The translations under genes and the position numbers were made by a program. 54,791 nt of DNA, from contig JAYGED010000198.1 in the NCBI GenBank assembly GCA_046582565.1, positions 1 to 54,791 of the forward strand, given 5' to 3'. The stretch comes from Alphaproteobacteria bacterium. GTDB lineage: Bacteria > Pseudomonadota > Alphaproteobacteria > JAAXGF01. The notes beneath the pieces were generated by a model. It saw nothing but the letters and a program-made list of their open reading frames with translations. It had not been told where the DNA came from and searched no databases. Numbering within the stretch: the stretch's first letter is position 1; every line of letters starts with the position of its first letter. Shown in pieces: positions 44,068 through 54,791 of this stretch.

Positions 44068-46671
44068 ATGGCAAGGTATAACGCCAAAACGGTTGAGCGG
44101 AAGTGGCAGGAAGCCTGGGAAACCCAGCAATGTTTCCGGGTCGATACCGAGTCCGAGCGCGAAAAATTTTATGTGCTGGAGATGTTTCCCTATCCGTCGG
44201 GGCGCATCCATATGGGGCATGTGCGCAATTACACCCTGGGCGATGTCGTCGCGCGCTACAAAAAAGCAAGAGGATTCAATGTTTTGCATCCAATGGGCTG
44301 GGATGCATTCGGAATGCCGGCGGAAAATGCGGCAATCGAAAACAAGGTCCATCCGGCGCAATGGACCAAAAACAACATCGCCACCATGAAAAGCGGCCTG
44401 AAATCCATGGGCCTGAGCTACGACTGGTCGCGGGAGCTCGCGACCTGTGATCCCTCCTATTTCCGCCACGAACAAAAGATGTTTCTCGATTTCTTCGCCA
44501 AGGGCTTGGCCTACCGCCGCGAATCATGGGTCAATTGGGATCCGGTCGACAACACCGTCCTGGCCAACGAGCAGGTCATCGACGGCTGCGGCTGGCGCTC
44601 GGGCGCGGTGATCGAAAAACGCAAGCTGCCCCAGTGGATGCTGCGCATCACCGCCTATTCGGATGATCTGCTCGACAGCCTCAAGCGCCTCGATCGCTGG
44701 CCCGACCGGGTGCGGCTCATGCAGGAGAACTGGATCGGACGCTCAGAGGGTTTGCGCATGTGGTTTGACCTGGCTGACAGCCGGGACGACCAGGGGGGCG
44801 GCCGCGACGACCGCCTCGAAGTTTTCACCACGCGTCACGATACGATCTTCGGCGCCACCTTCTGCGCCCTGGCGGCCAACCATCCCCTGGCCGAGGAAAT
44901 CGCCGCCGATGACCCGGAGCTGGCGGCTTTCATCGCCGAATGCAACAGCATGGGGACCAGCGAGGAAGCCATTGAGCGGGCGGAGAAGAAGGGCTACAAG
45001 ACCCCGCTGGTCGCCAAGCACCCCTTCATCGAGGGCTGTAACCTGCCCGTTTTTGTGGCCAATTTCGTGCTTATGGAATACGGCGCCGGGGCGATCTTCG
45101 GCTGTCCGGGCCATGATCAGCGCGATCTGGACTTTGCCCGCAAATACGATCTCGACGTGATCCCGGTGATCGCACCGGCCTCAATTGCGGCGTCCTTAGG
45201 CTCGACATCCGACTTCACGATTGCCGACGAGGCCTATCTTGGCGACGGGGTGGCGATCAATTCGCAATTCCTCGACGGCATGACCATCGCAGACGCCAAA
45301 CAGGAAATAGCCGAGCGCGTGACCGCCAGCGGCAACGGCGAGGTCACCCTGACCTACCGGTTGCGCGACTGGGGTATTTCCCGGCAACGCTATTGGGGTT
45401 GCCCGATTCCGATCATCTACTGCGACGAGTGCGGAGCCAAACCGGTGCCGGACGATCAACTGCCGGTCACCCTGCCCGAAGATGTCGTGCTCGACACGCC
45501 GGGCAATCCGCTTGAGCACCACCCCACATGGAAGCACGTGTCTTGCCCGCAATGCGGGGGCAAGGCGGTGCGGGAAACCGACACCTTCGATACTTTCATT
45601 GAATCTTCTTGGTATTTCATACGCTTCGCCTGTCCCCATGCGGACGGCCCGATCGACTACGACGCCGCACGCTATTGGCTGCCGGTGGATCAATATATCG
45701 GCGGTATCGAGCATGCGGTGTTGCATCTGCTCTATTCGCGTTTCTTCACCCGGGCCATGCGCGACTGTGGATATGTTGATTTCGACGAGCCCTTTTCCGG
45801 TCTTTTGACCCAGGGCATGGTGTGCCACCAAACCTATCGCGACGAGGCCGGCAACTGGCTTTTCCCCCAACAGGTGCGCGAGGCCGAGGACGGTAGCTTC
45901 ATCCATGCCGAAAGCGGCGCATCTGTCACCGTCGGGCGCTCGGAGAAAATGAGCAAATCGCGCAAGAACGTGGTCGATCCCGAGGCGATAATTGATGCTT
46001 TTGGCGCTGATACGGCACGTCTTTTCATGCTATCCGACAGCCCGCCCGAGCGCGATCTGGAATGGAGCGAGACCGGCATTGAAGGCGCCTGGCGATACCT
46101 CAATCGCCTGTGGCGCATGGTCGCCGAACCGGCCCTCACCCTGCCGCCAGTCGACGCCGCCCAGCCAGATTCCTTCAGCGATGCGGCCACCGCTTCGCGC
46201 CGGGCTATCCATCGCACGATCAGCGATACCACCGGCGATCTCGACCGCTTCCATTTCAACCGCGCCGTGGCCCGGGTTCGTGAGCTTTCCAACGATCTTA
46301 CCAGCCTTGATAACGGTAGCGACGACGAAGCCTGGGTTCTGCGCGAGGGTCTTGAGACCCTGGTCCGGCTTATCGGGCCGATGACACCGCATATTGCCGA
46401 AGAGCTCTGGCACCTGCTCGGCCATCAAACCCTGTTGGTGAACTCGCCCTGGCCGGAGGCCGATCCCGCCTGGCTCGGGGACGATACGGTGACCTTTGCC
46501 CTGCAGGTCAACGGCAAGCTTCGCGGCACCGTGGAACTCGCCAAGGATACCGACAAACAAGCCGCGGAAAACGCCGCCCTGGCCGATCCCGCCATGATCA
46601 GGGCGATTGACGGCAAGACCATACGCCGGGTCATCGTGGTGCCCAACCGCATCGTCAATGTTGTGATTTGA
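44068..46671 (+). CDS. leuS: Leucine--tRNA ligase
   Basis: 867 aa. HMGH (HIGH-type) and KMSKS motifs. Confidence 0.97.
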   Translation: MARYNAKTVERKWQEAWETQQCFRVDTESEREKFYVLEMFPYPSGRIHMGHVRNYTLGDVVARYKKARGFNVLHPMGWDAFGMPAENAAIENKVHPAQWTKNNIATMKSGLKSMGLSYDWSRELATCDPSYFRHEQKMFLDFFAKGLAYRRESWVNWDPVDNTVLANEQVIDGCGWRSGAVIEKRKLPQWMLRITAYSDDLLDSLKRLDRWPDRVRLMQENWIGRSEGLRMWFDLADSRDDQGGGRDDRLEVFTTRHDTIFGATFCALAANHPLAEEIAADDPELAAFIAECNSMGTSEEAIERAEKKGYKTPLVAKHPFIEGCNLPVFVANFVLMEYGAGAIFGCPGHDQRDLDFARKYDLDVIPVIAPASIAASLGSTSDFTIADEAYLGDGVAINSQFLDGMTIADAKQEIAERVTASGNGEVTLTYRLRDWGISRQRYWGCPIPIIYCDECGAKPVPDDQLPVTLPEDVVLDTPGNPLEHHPTWKHVSCPQCGGKAVRETDTFDTFIESSWYFIRFACPHADGPIDYDAARYWLPVDQYIGGIEHAVLHLLYSRFFTRAMRDCGYVDFDEPFSGLLTQGMVCHQTYRDEAGNWLFPQQVREAEDGSFIHAESGASVTVGRSEKMSKSRKNVVDPEAIIDAFGADTARLFMLSDSPPERDLEWSETGIEGAWRYLNRLWRMVAEPALTLPPVDAAQPDSFSDAATASRRAIHRTISDTTGDLDRFHFNRAVARVRELSNDLTSLDNGSDDEAWVLREGLETLVRLIGPMTPHIAEELWHLLGHQTLLVNSPWPEADPAWLGDDTVTFALQVNGKLRGTVELAKDTDKQAAENAALADPAMIRAIDGKTIRRVIVVPNRIVNVVI

Positions 46672-46675
46672 TATC

Positions 46676-47254
46676 ATGGCGGCTGCGAAACAACAGCGCC
46701 GAGGATATGGCTTCATAATCGAGTCTAAACCACTGACACAAAATAAACTTTTACAATTTATTGGGCTTTTATCAGCGGTTGTTTTGCTCGCAAACTGTGG
46801 GTTTCGCCCTCTATATGACACGCAAGGCACTGATTCTGCAGCCTATGGGCTGTCTGCAATCGCTATTGTCGGCGTTTCAGACCGCTTGGACCAGAATTTA
46901 CGAAACGATCTCATTCAAAGACTTACGCCATTTGGTGAACCGGCCCTGCCAACATACAATCTAATCATAAAAGCCGACAAATTCATTAGCGCCTTAGCGA
47001 TTCAGTCTAACAGCACCATCACCCGCTATAATCTGCTGGTCACGGCTAGCTTCGTGCTTGTGGACCGCGAGAACGACCTGCCGATATTTCGTGGCGGCGC
47101 CAGCGCCGTTGGCAGTTACGATGCGGTTCGCTCTGATTTCGCGACCCTGACCGCCGAACAGGATTCCGCGCGCCGCACGGTTCGCGAGGTTGCCGAAGAG
47201 ATCCGCGCCCAGCTCGGAGCCTTTTTCTCCCGCCGCCAGGCCAATACTGAGTAA
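46676..47254 (+). CDS. lptE: LPS-assembly lipoprotein LptE
   Basis: Lipobox LLANCGF. Conserved leuS-lptE-holA order. Confidence 0.75.
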   Translation: MAAAKQQRRGYGFIIESKPLTQNKLLQFIGLLSAVVLLANCGFRPLYDTQGTDSAAYGLSAIAIVGVSDRLDQNLRNDLIQRLTPFGEPALPTYNLIIKADKFISALAIQSNSTITRYNLLVTASFVLVDRENDLPIFRGGASAVGSYDAVRSDFATLTAEQDSARRTVREVAEEIRAQLGAFFSRRQANTE

Positions 47255-47267
47255 CATGCTGTAGCTA

Positions 47268-48296
47268 ATGAAATTATCTGCAGGTAAAATCGACGCTTTC
47301 ATCCGTTCTCCAGATCAGAATATCCGGGCCATGCTGGTTTACGGTCCCGACAGCGGCCTCATCCGAGAGCGCGCCGATTCCCTGGCCCGCCAGATTGTCG
47401 ACGACCTCGACGATCCCTTTCGGGTTTCCGAGCTCGATCCGGCTATGCTCAAAGATGATCCCGCCCGACTCGCCGACGAGGCCGCCGCCCTCTCCATGAC
47501 CGGGGGCCGCCGCGTGGTTCGACTGCGACCGACAAGCGACCAGCAAGCCGATGTTATCGCATCCTTTTTAGCCGATCCCATGGGTGATGCGCTGATTATT
47601 GTGGAGGCCGGTGAGCTACAGGCGCGATCGAAACTGCGCAAGGCCTTCGAATTTTCGAAAATTGCCGCGGCACTGCCCTGTTATCCCGATGAAGGCAGTA
47701 ATTTGGGCCGGATCATCGAGCAGACGGCCACATCTCTGGGCCTGACCTGCGAGCCGGCCGCTCTGCGCTATCTTGTTACGGCCTTGGGCGGGGACCGTCT
47801 GATGACCCGGTCGGAAATCGAAAAACTCGCCCTCTATATGGGCGATGAAAAGCTTATCACCCTGGCCCATGCGGAAGCCTGTATCGGCGACAGCTCTATC
47901 CTCACCCTCGATGGCATTGCCATGGCCGCGGCGAGCGGTGACATGGCGGGGGTTGAACGGGGTCTTGCGCGGGCCTATCTCGAAGGCGCCGTTACGGTCT
48001 CCGTGCTGCGGGCGGCGGCGCGCCATCTGCAACGGCTGCATCTCATGGCGGGAGTCCGCGAACGCGGCGATTCGGTCGATCAGGCGCTTCGGTCCATGCG
48101 ACCGCCTATACACTTTAAAATAGAAAAAGCATTAAGCACCCAGACTCGTAACTGGCCGAGCGGCCGGGTTAGCCGAGCCATGGAAATTATCCTCGAAGCG
48201 GAGCGCGCCTGCAAAACCACGGGGCTGCCGGCGGAAGCGATCTGCAGCCGCGCATTGATGCGATTGACCTGGGCGGCCAGGTCGGCGCGGGGCTAG
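47268..48296 (+). CDS. holA: DNA polymerase III subunit delta
   Basis: 342 aa. Position after lptE. N-terminus ..LVYGPDSGLIRERA... Confidence 0.8.
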   Translation: MKLSAGKIDAFIRSPDQNIRAMLVYGPDSGLIRERADSLARQIVDDLDDPFRVSELDPAMLKDDPARLADEAAALSMTGGRRVVRLRPTSDQQADVIASFLADPMGDALIIVEAGELQARSKLRKAFEFSKIAAALPCYPDEGSNLGRIIEQTATSLGLTCEPAALRYLVTALGGDRLMTRSEIEKLALYMGDEKLITLAHAEACIGDSSILTLDGIAMAAASGDMAGVERGLARAYLEGAVTVSVLRAAARHLQRLHLMAGVRERGDSVDQALRSMRPPIHFKIEKALSTQTRNWPSGRVSRAMEIILEAERACKTTGLPAEAICSRALMRLTWAARSARG

Positions 48297-48355
48297 AGCA
48301 ATATACAATTATCTTGAACCTTATTGGTTCAAACTAATTGGGTAAAATTGCTCTA
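48294..48355. repeat. 62-bp palindromic element D (same family and same length as C)
   Basis: tagagcaa..cttgaacc-ttatt-ggttcaaact..ttgctcta. Begins on the holA TAG stop. Confidence 0.85.
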
Positions 48356-48367
48356 CTTTTTAAGAAG

Positions 48368-48432
48368 TTAGATCATCTTTATCCGTAGGTTGAATCGCGT
48401 AAGCGATTCAAGCTAATCGGATGATGATCTAA
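48368..48432. repeat. 65-bp palindromic element E (related to C)
   Basis: ttagatcatc..ccgtaggttgaatcgc-gtaa-gcgattcaagctaatcggatgatgatctaa. The right arm resembles the reverse complement of the left arm of C. Covers the parB stop. Confidence 0.8.
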
Positions 48433-49322
48433 TCCTTAGCACCGAGGCGTCGCAGAAGATCGTCGAGTTCATTCAGCGACCGGTAATGGATGGCGACCGT
48501 TCCGCCGGGATCGCGATGCTTGATATCCACGGACAGATCGAGGCAGTCGCTTAAGGACCGCTCTATGGCCCGGGTGTTGGCGTCCTTATGATCAGGCGCT
48601 TTGTCGCTGTCGAACCGGGCCGCCGGCTTGCGCAGCAGGGCCTCGGTCTGGCGCACATTGAGGCCGCGCAAGATGACCATTTCCGCCAATGTTGTCTGAT
48701 TTTCGGCATCGGCCGCGAGCAGCGCCCGGGCATGCCCGGCGCTCAGGCGACCGTCGCCGACCATTTCCTTGACCGCCTCGGGCAGGCCCAGCAACCGCAT
48801 GCTGTTGGCCACATGGCTGCGGCTTTTACCGATGATGGTCGCCAGTTCCGCCTGGCTGTGACCGAATTCGTCGATTAGCCTGCGGTACCCTGCGGCCTCT
48901 TCAATCGGCGTCAGATCGGTGCGCTGAATATTCTCTACCAGACCGACTTCCAGAGCCTCGCGATCCGACAGATCATGGATCACGATAGGCAGCTCGTGAA
49001 GCTTGGCAATCTGGGCGGCACGCCAGCGGCGCTCACCGGCGATAATCTCGTAGGAGCCAGGATACTGGCTATCCTGACGGACGACTAAAGGTTGTAATAT
49101 ACCTTTCGCCTTAATCGATGCAGCCAGGGCTTCGAGAGCCTCTTCGTCAAAACGTCGGCGGGGCTGCAAAGGGCTGGGTTTGAGGAATTCGATTGGCGCG
49201 GTGGTGGGATCGGCGCCAATTTTCGACTTATATTCCTCAGAGTCCACATCGGCAAGCAGAGCCGACAAACCCTTGGCCAGACCTCGGCGTGGCGGTGAGC
49301 CGCTTGAGCTTTTATTCATCAA
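48429..49322 (-). CDS. parB: Chromosome partitioning protein ParB
   Basis: LQPRRRFDEEALEALAASI..GILQPLVV..IIAGERRWRAA..HTH. Confidence 0.95.
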   Translation of the reverse strand: MMNKSSSGSPPRRGLAKGLSALLADVDSEEYKSKIGADPTTAPIEFLKPSPLQPRRRFDEEALEALAASIKAKGILQPLVVRQDSQYPGSYEIIAGERRWRAAQIAKLHELPIVIHDLSDREALEVGLVENIQRTDLTPIEEAAGYRRLIDEFGHSQAELATIIGKSRSHVANSMRLLGLPEAVKEMVGDGRLSAGHARALLAADAENQTTLAEMVILRGLNVRQTEALLRKPAARFDSDKAPDHKDANTRAIERSLSDCLDLSVDIKHRDPGGTVAIHYRSLNELDDLLRRLGAKD

Positions 49323-50173
49323 TGGACTCCTTTTACCTGACCGCTTCCGCTTTCGCGGCGTAAAACTTCACTCGCCAGATGCAGATAGGCTCGCGAACCG
49401 GCGCAATCCACGTCATAGATCAGGGCGGGCTTGCCGTGAGACGGCGCCTCGGAGATCCGGACGTTGCGCGGAATGACCGTGTCATAGACCATCTCACCCA
49501 TATGATCGCGCACATCGGCGGCCACCTGGGCGGACAAGTTGTTGCGGTTATCGAACATGGTCAACACAATACCCAGTAGGCTTAGGGTCGGATTGAGGTT
49601 CGCTTTGACCCGTTTAACCGTGTCCAGAAGCTGGCTAAGCCCTTCGAGGGCAAAAAACTCGCATTGCAGGGGAACCAGCAGGGAATCGACAGCAACCAGG
49701 GCGTTTACCGTGAGCAGCCCCAGCGCCGGCGGGCAATCGATGATAACATAGTCATAGGCGGACATTTCACCGGTAAGCGCCGTTTTCAGCCGGTATTCAC
49801 GGCGCTCGGCATGGGCCAGCTCGATTTCGGCGCCGGACAGATCGACCACAGAGGGCACCAGATCGAGCCCCGGCACCGCGGTCGCCATCGCCGCTTGAGC
49901 CAGCGTTGCATCGCCCATCAAAAGATCGTAGGAGGTAACCGGGCGATGATGGCGATCGAAGCCGAGACCAGTGCTGGCGTTGCCCTGGGGATCGAGATCG
50001 ATCAGCAGAGTGCGGCATTTCACCGCGGCCAGGGCCGTCGCCAGATTGATCGCCGTGGTGGTCTTGCCAACACCGCCCTTCTGATTGGCGACGGCGAGTA
50101 CGCGCTTAGGCCTGCTGTCGGCTAATTCGGAGGAATTAGCGTCATCAAGCGGTTTGTCCTGAATTTTTGTCAT
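49319..50173 (-). CDS. parA: Chromosome partitioning ATPase ParA
   Basis: Deviant Walker A VANQKGGVGKTT. Confidence 0.95.
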   Translation of the reverse strand: MTKIQDKPLDDANSSELADSRPKRVLAVANQKGGVGKTTTAINLATALAAVKCRTLLIDLDPQGNASTGLGFDRHHRPVTSYDLLMGDATLAQAAMATAVPGLDLVPSVVDLSGAEIELAHAERREYRLKTALTGEMSAYDYVIIDCPPALGLLTVNALVAVDSLLVPLQCEFFALEGLSQLLDTVKRVKANLNPTLSLLGIVLTMFDNRNNLSAQVAADVRDHMGEMVYDTVIPRNVRISEAPSHGKPALIYDVDCAGSRAYLHLASEVLRRESGSGQVKGVH

Positions 50174-50819
50174 TATGAAGCTGCCGAATGCAAATGACCG
50201 TTGCTTTGGGGTCGGTTAAACTGGGATGTCTTTCGGCCTGCATACTCCAACATTTTGTGGCTTCGGTCAATTCTTCATCTATATGTGCCCCCTTCAGCGC
50301 AATCAGGCAGGTATGCGGCGCCCAAAACCGTGCGGCATAGTGGCACAGCTTTTCCAGGCTTGCGCAGGCGCGCGCGGTGATCACATCGGCGGGTGACGGC
50401 GCCATTTCCTCGATTCGCTGGTTGTGTATGATCACCGAAACCCCGGCTAACCGGGCGGCTTCGGCCAGAAAAGCGCATTTCCGGCCGTCGCTCTCGATCA
50501 GCTCGACCCCCTCAACCCCAAGGATGGCCAACACCAGGCCGGGAAAGCCCGCGCCGCTGCCGAGATCCACCAATCGCTTGCTGCCCGCGGGTATAAGGTC
50601 GAGAATCTGAGCCGAATCAAGCATATGACGACACCACAAATCGGCCATCCCGGCTCGACTCACCAGATTAATGCTCCGGTTCCATTTTTCGAGCAGGGCG
50701 CCATAGGCCTCGAGGCGCGCGGCTGTTTCACGTGAAACATCTGTGGCACGGACGAATCCTGCCAGGGTCAGCGGCCTGTTGTCCGTATCTGCCGGCGGCG
50801 GCACCATAGTGTTTCTCAC
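50145..50819 (-). CDS. rsmG: 16S rRNA (guanine527-N7)-methyltransferase RsmG
   Basis: [34 protein letters not shown]. Confidence 0.9.
   Translation of the reverse strand: MRNTMVPPPADTDNRPLTLAGFVRATDVSRETAARLEAYGALLEKWNRSINLVSRAGMADLWCRHMLDSAQILDLIPAGSKRLVDLGSGAGFPGLVLAILGVEGVELIESDGRKCAFLAEAARLAGVSVIIHNQRIEEMAPSPADVITARACASLEKLCHYAARFWAPHTCLIALKGAHIDEELTEATKCWSMQAERHPSLTDPKATVICIRQLHNDKNSGQTA
50724..50739. promoter_or_regulatory. parS: parS centromere site (perfect TGTTTCACGTGAAACA) inside the rsmG 5' coding region
   Basis: Exact match to the ParB-binding consensus TGTTNCACGTGAAACA. Encodes the DVSRET segment. Confidence 0.85.
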
Positions 50820-52726
50820 GCCGCCTGAGTTTTGTCTTTATGACCTGATGCTTGGCCCGATTTGGCGCGCCGCCGCACATGGCCGAGCAAGGCCGTCAGG
50901 GCGGCCGGCGTCACCCCGGAGATACGCCCCGCGGCGCCTAAAGTCGCCGGTCGTGCCGCATCGAGCTTCTCGCGGGCCTCGTTCGAAAGGCCACCGATGG
51001 TGCTGTAATCCAGATCAGCCGGTAGCGCCAGGGCTTCGTCACGGCGGAACGCCGCCACATCGGCCTCCTGGCGTGCCAAATAGGCGTCGTATCGCGCCTC
51101 GATTTCGATCTGCTCGGCCACATCCCGAGGGAAACCGTTGAGCTCGGGCCAAATCGCCCCGAGTCGCGCGAGATCGATGTCCGGATAGGCGAGCAGAGCC
51201 CTAGCGCTGCGGGCAACGCCGTCAAGATTGACCGCCAGCCCCTCCCGGCGCAACCGGTTGGGACTGAGGCTGAGTGCCGTCACCAGCTTGCGCGCGACAA
51301 CCAAACCCGTTGCCTTGGCCTGATAATGGGCGCCGCGCCGGGCCGAGACACAGCCGACCTCCAGACCCCGTGGCGTCAGGCGCAGATCGGCGTTATCAGC
51401 GCGCAGGCTAAGCCTGAATTCGGCCCGCGAGGTAAACATGCGATAGGGCTCGGCAACCCCCAGGGTAACCAGATCGTCGATCATCACGCCGATATAAGCC
51501 TCCGCCCGATCCAGAATGAGCGGCTCGCCCCCGCCCGCGGCCAGAGCGGCATTGAGGCCGGCCATCAGGCCCTGAGCCGCGGCTTCTTCATAACCGGTGG
51601 TGCCGTTGATCTGTCCAGCGAGATAAAGTCCGGCCAGCCGGCGCGTCTCCAGGCTGGGGCGCAGCTCCCGGGGATCGATGTAATCATATTCGATGGCATA
51701 GCCGGGACGCAGCATTTCCGCCCGCTCGAGCCCTGGAATGGTGGCCAGCATGGCGGTTTGTACAGCGCGGGGCAGCGAGCTGGATATGCCGTTGGGATAG
51801 ACCGTCGTATCGTCGAGGCCCTCGGGCTCCAGAAAGATCTGATGACTGTCGCGATCGGCGAATCGCACCACCTTATCTTCGATTGAGGGGCAATAGCGCG
51901 GCCCGGTGCCTTCGATGCGCCCCGTATAGAGCGGCGATTGGTCAAGATTGGCGCTGATCACCGCATGGGTCGCCGGCGTGGTGCCGGTAATGGCGCAGGC
52001 AATCTGGGGCAGGGTGATCCGATCGGTCATAAACGATAAGGGGACCGGCGGATTGTCGCCCGCCTGGCTCTCAAGGCTCTGCCAATCGATGCTGTCACGG
52101 TGCAGACGCGGCGGTGTGCCGGTCTTCAGCCGCCCCATGGCAAATCCAGCTTTTTCGAGGGTTTCCGCCAATCCCACGGCAGGCGCATCGCCATCCCGCC
52201 CCGCCGCCCAGGTCTCCTGTCCGATATGTATCATGCCCCGCAGGAAGGTGCCGCTGGTCAACACCACCCGCCCGGCTTCAAAGATCTCGCCGGAAGCGGT
52301 GACAACGCCGGTGACAGTGTTTTTACGATCAAGCTGCAAATCTTCAACCGACTCGGCGCGAATCTCCAGATTTTCCTGGGCGGCCAGGGCGGCCTGCATG
52401 GCCTGGCGATAAAGTTTGCGGTCGGCCTGGGCGCGCGGGCCGCGCACCGCCGGGCCCTTGGATCGATTGAGCATGCGATATTGAATGCCAGCCTGATCGA
52501 TGATGCGGCCCATGAGACCGTCGAGCGCATCGACCTCGCGCACCAGAGTCCCCTTGGCCAGACCGCCGATGGCCGGATTGCAGGACATTTCTCCGATGGT
52601 CTCCAGCTTATGGGTCAACATCAGGGTGCGGGCGCCGAGCCGAGCCGCCGCCGCCGCCGCCTCGCAGCCGGCGTGGCCGCCACCGATGACGATAACGTCA
52701 TAAAGAGAGGGATGCTTGTTCGCCAT
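50816..52726 (-). CDS. mnmG: tRNA uridine 5-carboxymethylaminomethyl modification enzyme MnmG
   Basis: [19 protein letters not shown] motif. 636 aa. Confidence 0.97.
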   Translation of the reverse strand: MANKHPSLYDVIVIGGGHAGCEAAAAAARLGARTLMLTHKLETIGEMSCNPAIGGLAKGTLVREVDALDGLMGRIIDQAGIQYRMLNRSKGPAVRGPRAQADRKLYRQAMQAALAAQENLEIRAESVEDLQLDRKNTVTGVVTASGEIFEAGRVVLTSGTFLRGMIHIGQETWAAGRDGDAPAVGLAETLEKAGFAMGRLKTGTPPRLHRDSIDWQSLESQAGDNPPVPLSFMTDRITLPQIACAITGTTPATHAVISANLDQSPLYTGRIEGTGPRYCPSIEDKVVRFADRDSHQIFLEPEGLDDTTVYPNGISSSLPRAVQTAMLATIPGLERAEMLRPGYAIEYDYIDPRELRPSLETRRLAGLYLAGQINGTTGYEEAAAQGLMAGLNAALAAGGGEPLILDRAEAYIGVMIDDLVTLGVAEPYRMFTSRAEFRLSLRADNADLRLTPRGLEVGCVSARRGAHYQAKATGLVVARKLVTALSLSPNRLRREGLAVNLDGVARSARALLAYPDIDLARLGAIWPELNGFPRDVAEQIEIEARYDAYLARQEADVAAFRRDEALALPADLDYSTIGGLSNEAREKLDAARPATLGAAGRISGVTPAALTALLGHVRRRAKSGQASGHKDKTQAA

Positions 52727-52792
52727 GGGCGCGCACTCTACGCAGCGGGCCCGGTCCTGTCAAAAACCTTTTCCAGCAACCATGACCCCGGA

Positions 52793-52808
52793 TGTTTCAC
52801 GTGAAACA
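52793..52808. promoter_or_regulatory. parS: parS centromere site (perfect TGTTTCACGTGAAACA) in the mnmE-mnmG intergenic region
   Basis: Second exact copy. The 19-nt context ctgtttcacgtgaaacatc is shared with the rsmG copy (read as the reverse complement). Confidence 0.85.
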
Positions 52809-52840
52809 GGGACCCACCAGTCACTTATGGAGAGAGCGGA

Positions 52841-54235
52841 TCACTTTCCGATACAGAATTCCGCGAAGATGACGTCGAGCAAGTCTTCCACATCGATGCG
52901 GCCGACAATCCGCCCCAGGGCGCGGGCGGCCAGGCGCAGGTCTTCGATGGCCAGCTCCGGCGCCGCCAATTCCTCTTCCCCGGTCGCTAAAAACCGCTCC
53001 AGGGCGGCAGCGCAGTCCTCCAGGGCGGCGCGATGGCGCGCCCGGGTCAAGGCGACCGACATACCGGGCACAAGCCGCGCGGTCACCGCCGCCTCCAGCG
53101 CTTCAAGAAACCCTTCCAAGCCCCTGCCATCACGGCAAGATAAAGGCCAGACCGTACGGTCCAGTATTTTCGCCCCGGCTCCCCGTAAAGCCTCATCGCC
53201 TTGATCTATCTCATTGTTATTATTGATAAGATCAAGCTTATTGACAATCACCATGGTGTTTTTATCCACCAGCATACGGGTCTTCTCGTCGGTCGTGGGC
53301 CAAATCGTTGCGTCGAACACGGCGATCTTCAAATCAGCAGTCGTGGCGCGGGCCAAGGCCCGGGCGATACCCTCCTGTTCGACCTCGTCTACCCGGTGGT
53401 CCTCGCTCTCAACGCTGGCTCTGAGACCCGCTGTATCGGCCAGAATCACCGGCAATCCGGCGATATCCATATGCACTTCGACCACATCGCGGGTAGTGCC
53501 GGCATGATGGGAGACGATGGCCGCTTCGCGCCGCGCCAAGCGGTTTAAAAGGCTAGATTTACCCACATTCGGCGCGCCGACGATGGTGACGAATAGGCCT
53601 TCACGCAGGCGTTCGCCACGGTGATCATCTTCAAGGTGTAGTGTTAAACCCTGAAGTATCCCCCTGATTTCGTGGTGAACTGACGAAATCATGTCCTCCG
53701 GCAGATCTTCATCGGAAAAATCGATGGCGGCTTCCATCATGGCCAGGGCATGCAGCAGCTCATCGCGCCAGCTGTCGTAGAGTTTGCTCAGGGCGCCGTC
53801 GAGCTGGCGCAGGGCCTGGCGGCGCTGGGCCTCGCTCTCCGCTGCCACCAGATCGGCGAGACCCTCGATGGCGGTGAGGTCGAGCTTGCCGTTTTCGAAG
53901 GCGCGCCGGGTGAATTCACCGGGCTCGGCGGGCCGCAGGCCGGGCAGGGCGGCGAGCGCCTCGAGCACCGCGGCAACCACGGCACGGCCGCCATGCAGAT
54001 GAAGCTCGGCGGCATCCTCGCCGCTGTAGCTCGCCGGGCCGGGAAACCACAGCACCAAAGCGTCATCCAGCGCCTCGCCGTCGGCCGCCGTCAGCCTGCG
54101 CCGCGACGCTTGACGCGGCGGTGGCAAGTCGCCGGCCAGGGCCTGCAAGGCATCGCCGGCATTGGGCCCCGAAATTCGCAGCACGGCAATGGCCGCACGT
54201 CCCGACGCCGTTGCCGGCGCGAATATGGTGCTCAT
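52841..54235 (-). CDS. mnmE: tRNA modification GTPase MnmE
   Basis: G-domain [16 protein letters not shown] and the C-terminal FCIGK. Confidence 0.95.
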   Translation of the reverse strand: MSTIFAPATASGRAAIAVLRISGPNAGDALQALAGDLPPPRQASRRRLTAADGEALDDALVLWFPGPASYSGEDAAELHLHGGRAVVAAVLEALAALPGLRPAEPGEFTRRAFENGKLDLTAIEGLADLVAAESEAQRRQALRQLDGALSKLYDSWRDELLHALAMMEAAIDFSDEDLPEDMISSVHHEIRGILQGLTLHLEDDHRGERLREGLFVTIVGAPNVGKSSLLNRLARREAAIVSHHAGTTRDVVEVHMDIAGLPVILADTAGLRASVESEDHRVDEVEQEGIARALARATTADLKIAVFDATIWPTTDEKTRMLVDKNTMVIVNKLDLINNNNEIDQGDEALRGAGAKILDRTVWPLSCRDGRGLEGFLEALEAAVTARLVPGMSVALTRARHRAALEDCAAALERFLATGEEELAAPELAIEDLRLAARALGRIVGRIDVEDLLDVIFAEFCIGK

Positions 54236-54275
54236 GGATGTAACTGTGGATATAGCATTATCTTATTGTTATTGC

Positions 54276-54506
54276 TTATTTTTTCGTAGCACCCCCGCTC
54301 CACATTTTTTGCCATTGTTCCAAACCCGCCATGCCGTCGGGCATCCAGGCCTTCATCATGGCGTCGCCATCCATGGCGGAGATGGTCTCACTCATACGCT
54401 CTGTGAGCGCCTCGACAAAAAGCTCCTGGACCGGGGTCACATCGGGCAGGCCAAGAAAGCTTCGCGCCTCCTCGGGCGTACAATCGATATCGACGGTGAT
54501 TTTCAT
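54276..54506 (-). CDS. Small conserved hypothetical protein (76 aa)
   Basis: Clean ORF with GGAGA upstream. Coding-like composition. No motif recognised. Confidence 0.45.
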   Translation of the reverse strand: MKITVDIDCTPEEARSFLGLPDVTPVQELFVEALTERMSETISAMDGDAMMKAWMPDGMAGLEQWQKMWSGGATKK

Positions 54507-54644
54507 AATTTATCTCCCCTTATTGCGAGCGATTGGTCTTGCCCCTGGCGCCGTTTCGCCCCAGGTTACCTCACGTTAAGTCAAGCCCGGCGCGGCGGCA
54601 ACGCCTGTCGAACATCTCACCCCCATGACGAGCGCCGAACAGCC

Positions 54645-54791
54645 ATGTCCGCCAACCGCCTCGCCCAGGAAACCAGCCCCTATCTGCTCCAGCACCGGGA
54701 CAATCCGGTCGATTGGCGGCCCTGGGGCCAGGCGGCGCTCGATCAGGCGCGGATCGAAAACAAGCCTATTTTGCTGTCGGTCGGTTATTCG
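54645..54791 (+). CDS. Thioredoxin-domain (DUF255/YyaL-like) protein, 5' fragment
   Basis: My translation [48 protein letters not shown] is the typical N-terminus of this family. Runs off the window. Confidence 0.8.
   Translation, partial: MSANRLAQETSPYLLQHRDNPVDWRPWGQAALDQARIENKPILLSVGYS

Noticed and set aside
48297-48428. Possible replication origin or DnaA boxes in the holA-parB spacer (for example ttatccgta at about 48380)
   Set aside because: There is only one degenerate box, with two mismatches to TTATCCACA, and no AT-rich unwinding element. The spacer is fully explained by the two palindromic repeats.

Overview
High-GC, alphaproteobacterium-like chromosomal window. The right end is the origin-proximal housekeeping block: leuS-lptE-holA, then parB-parA-rsmG-mnmG-mnmE on the minus strand, with two perfect 16-bp parS palindromes. 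The left and middle parts are envelope and accessory DNA. (1) 1-7255: a bacterial ceramide/sphingolipid gene set (spt, ACP, CerR-like SDR, acyl-AMP ligase, plus nucleotidyltransferase, GNAT-like candidate ceramide synthase and fatty-acid hydroxylase). An AT-rich spacer splits it in two. (2) 7329-9459: a frameshifted MDR dehydrogenase with a divergent LysR regulator. (3) 9511-22711: a glycan cluster with a Wzx-like flippase, a CDP-6-deoxyhexose pathway, a CmcI-type methyltransferase and glycosyltransferases. It is followed by a minus-strand module (sulfotransferase, AsnB-like amidotransferase, GT2, 2OG oxygenase, 765-aa GT8-ELM1 fusion). That module is bracketed by two nested-palindrome repeats whose arms are CACAGAGA 8-mer arrays. 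(4) lptF-lptG, followed by a DAGK-fold lipid kinase and a Tam41-like nucleotidyltransferase. (5) 31788-42547: the most unusual region. It holds a GTPase-less CysN-CysC APS kinase fusion, a eukaryote-type SULT sulfotransferase and two TPR-sulfotransferase fusions. It also holds a TPR-2OG-oxygenase fusion wedged between two porin paralogues, an IS1595 remnant and a duplicated porin 3' fragment. I propose this as a candidate, apparently undescribed PAPS-dependent envelope or protein modification system. All calls come from reading the ORF translations and the DNA by eye; no database search was run. Many long ORFs in the track are antisense shadows typical of high-GC DNA and were rejected.
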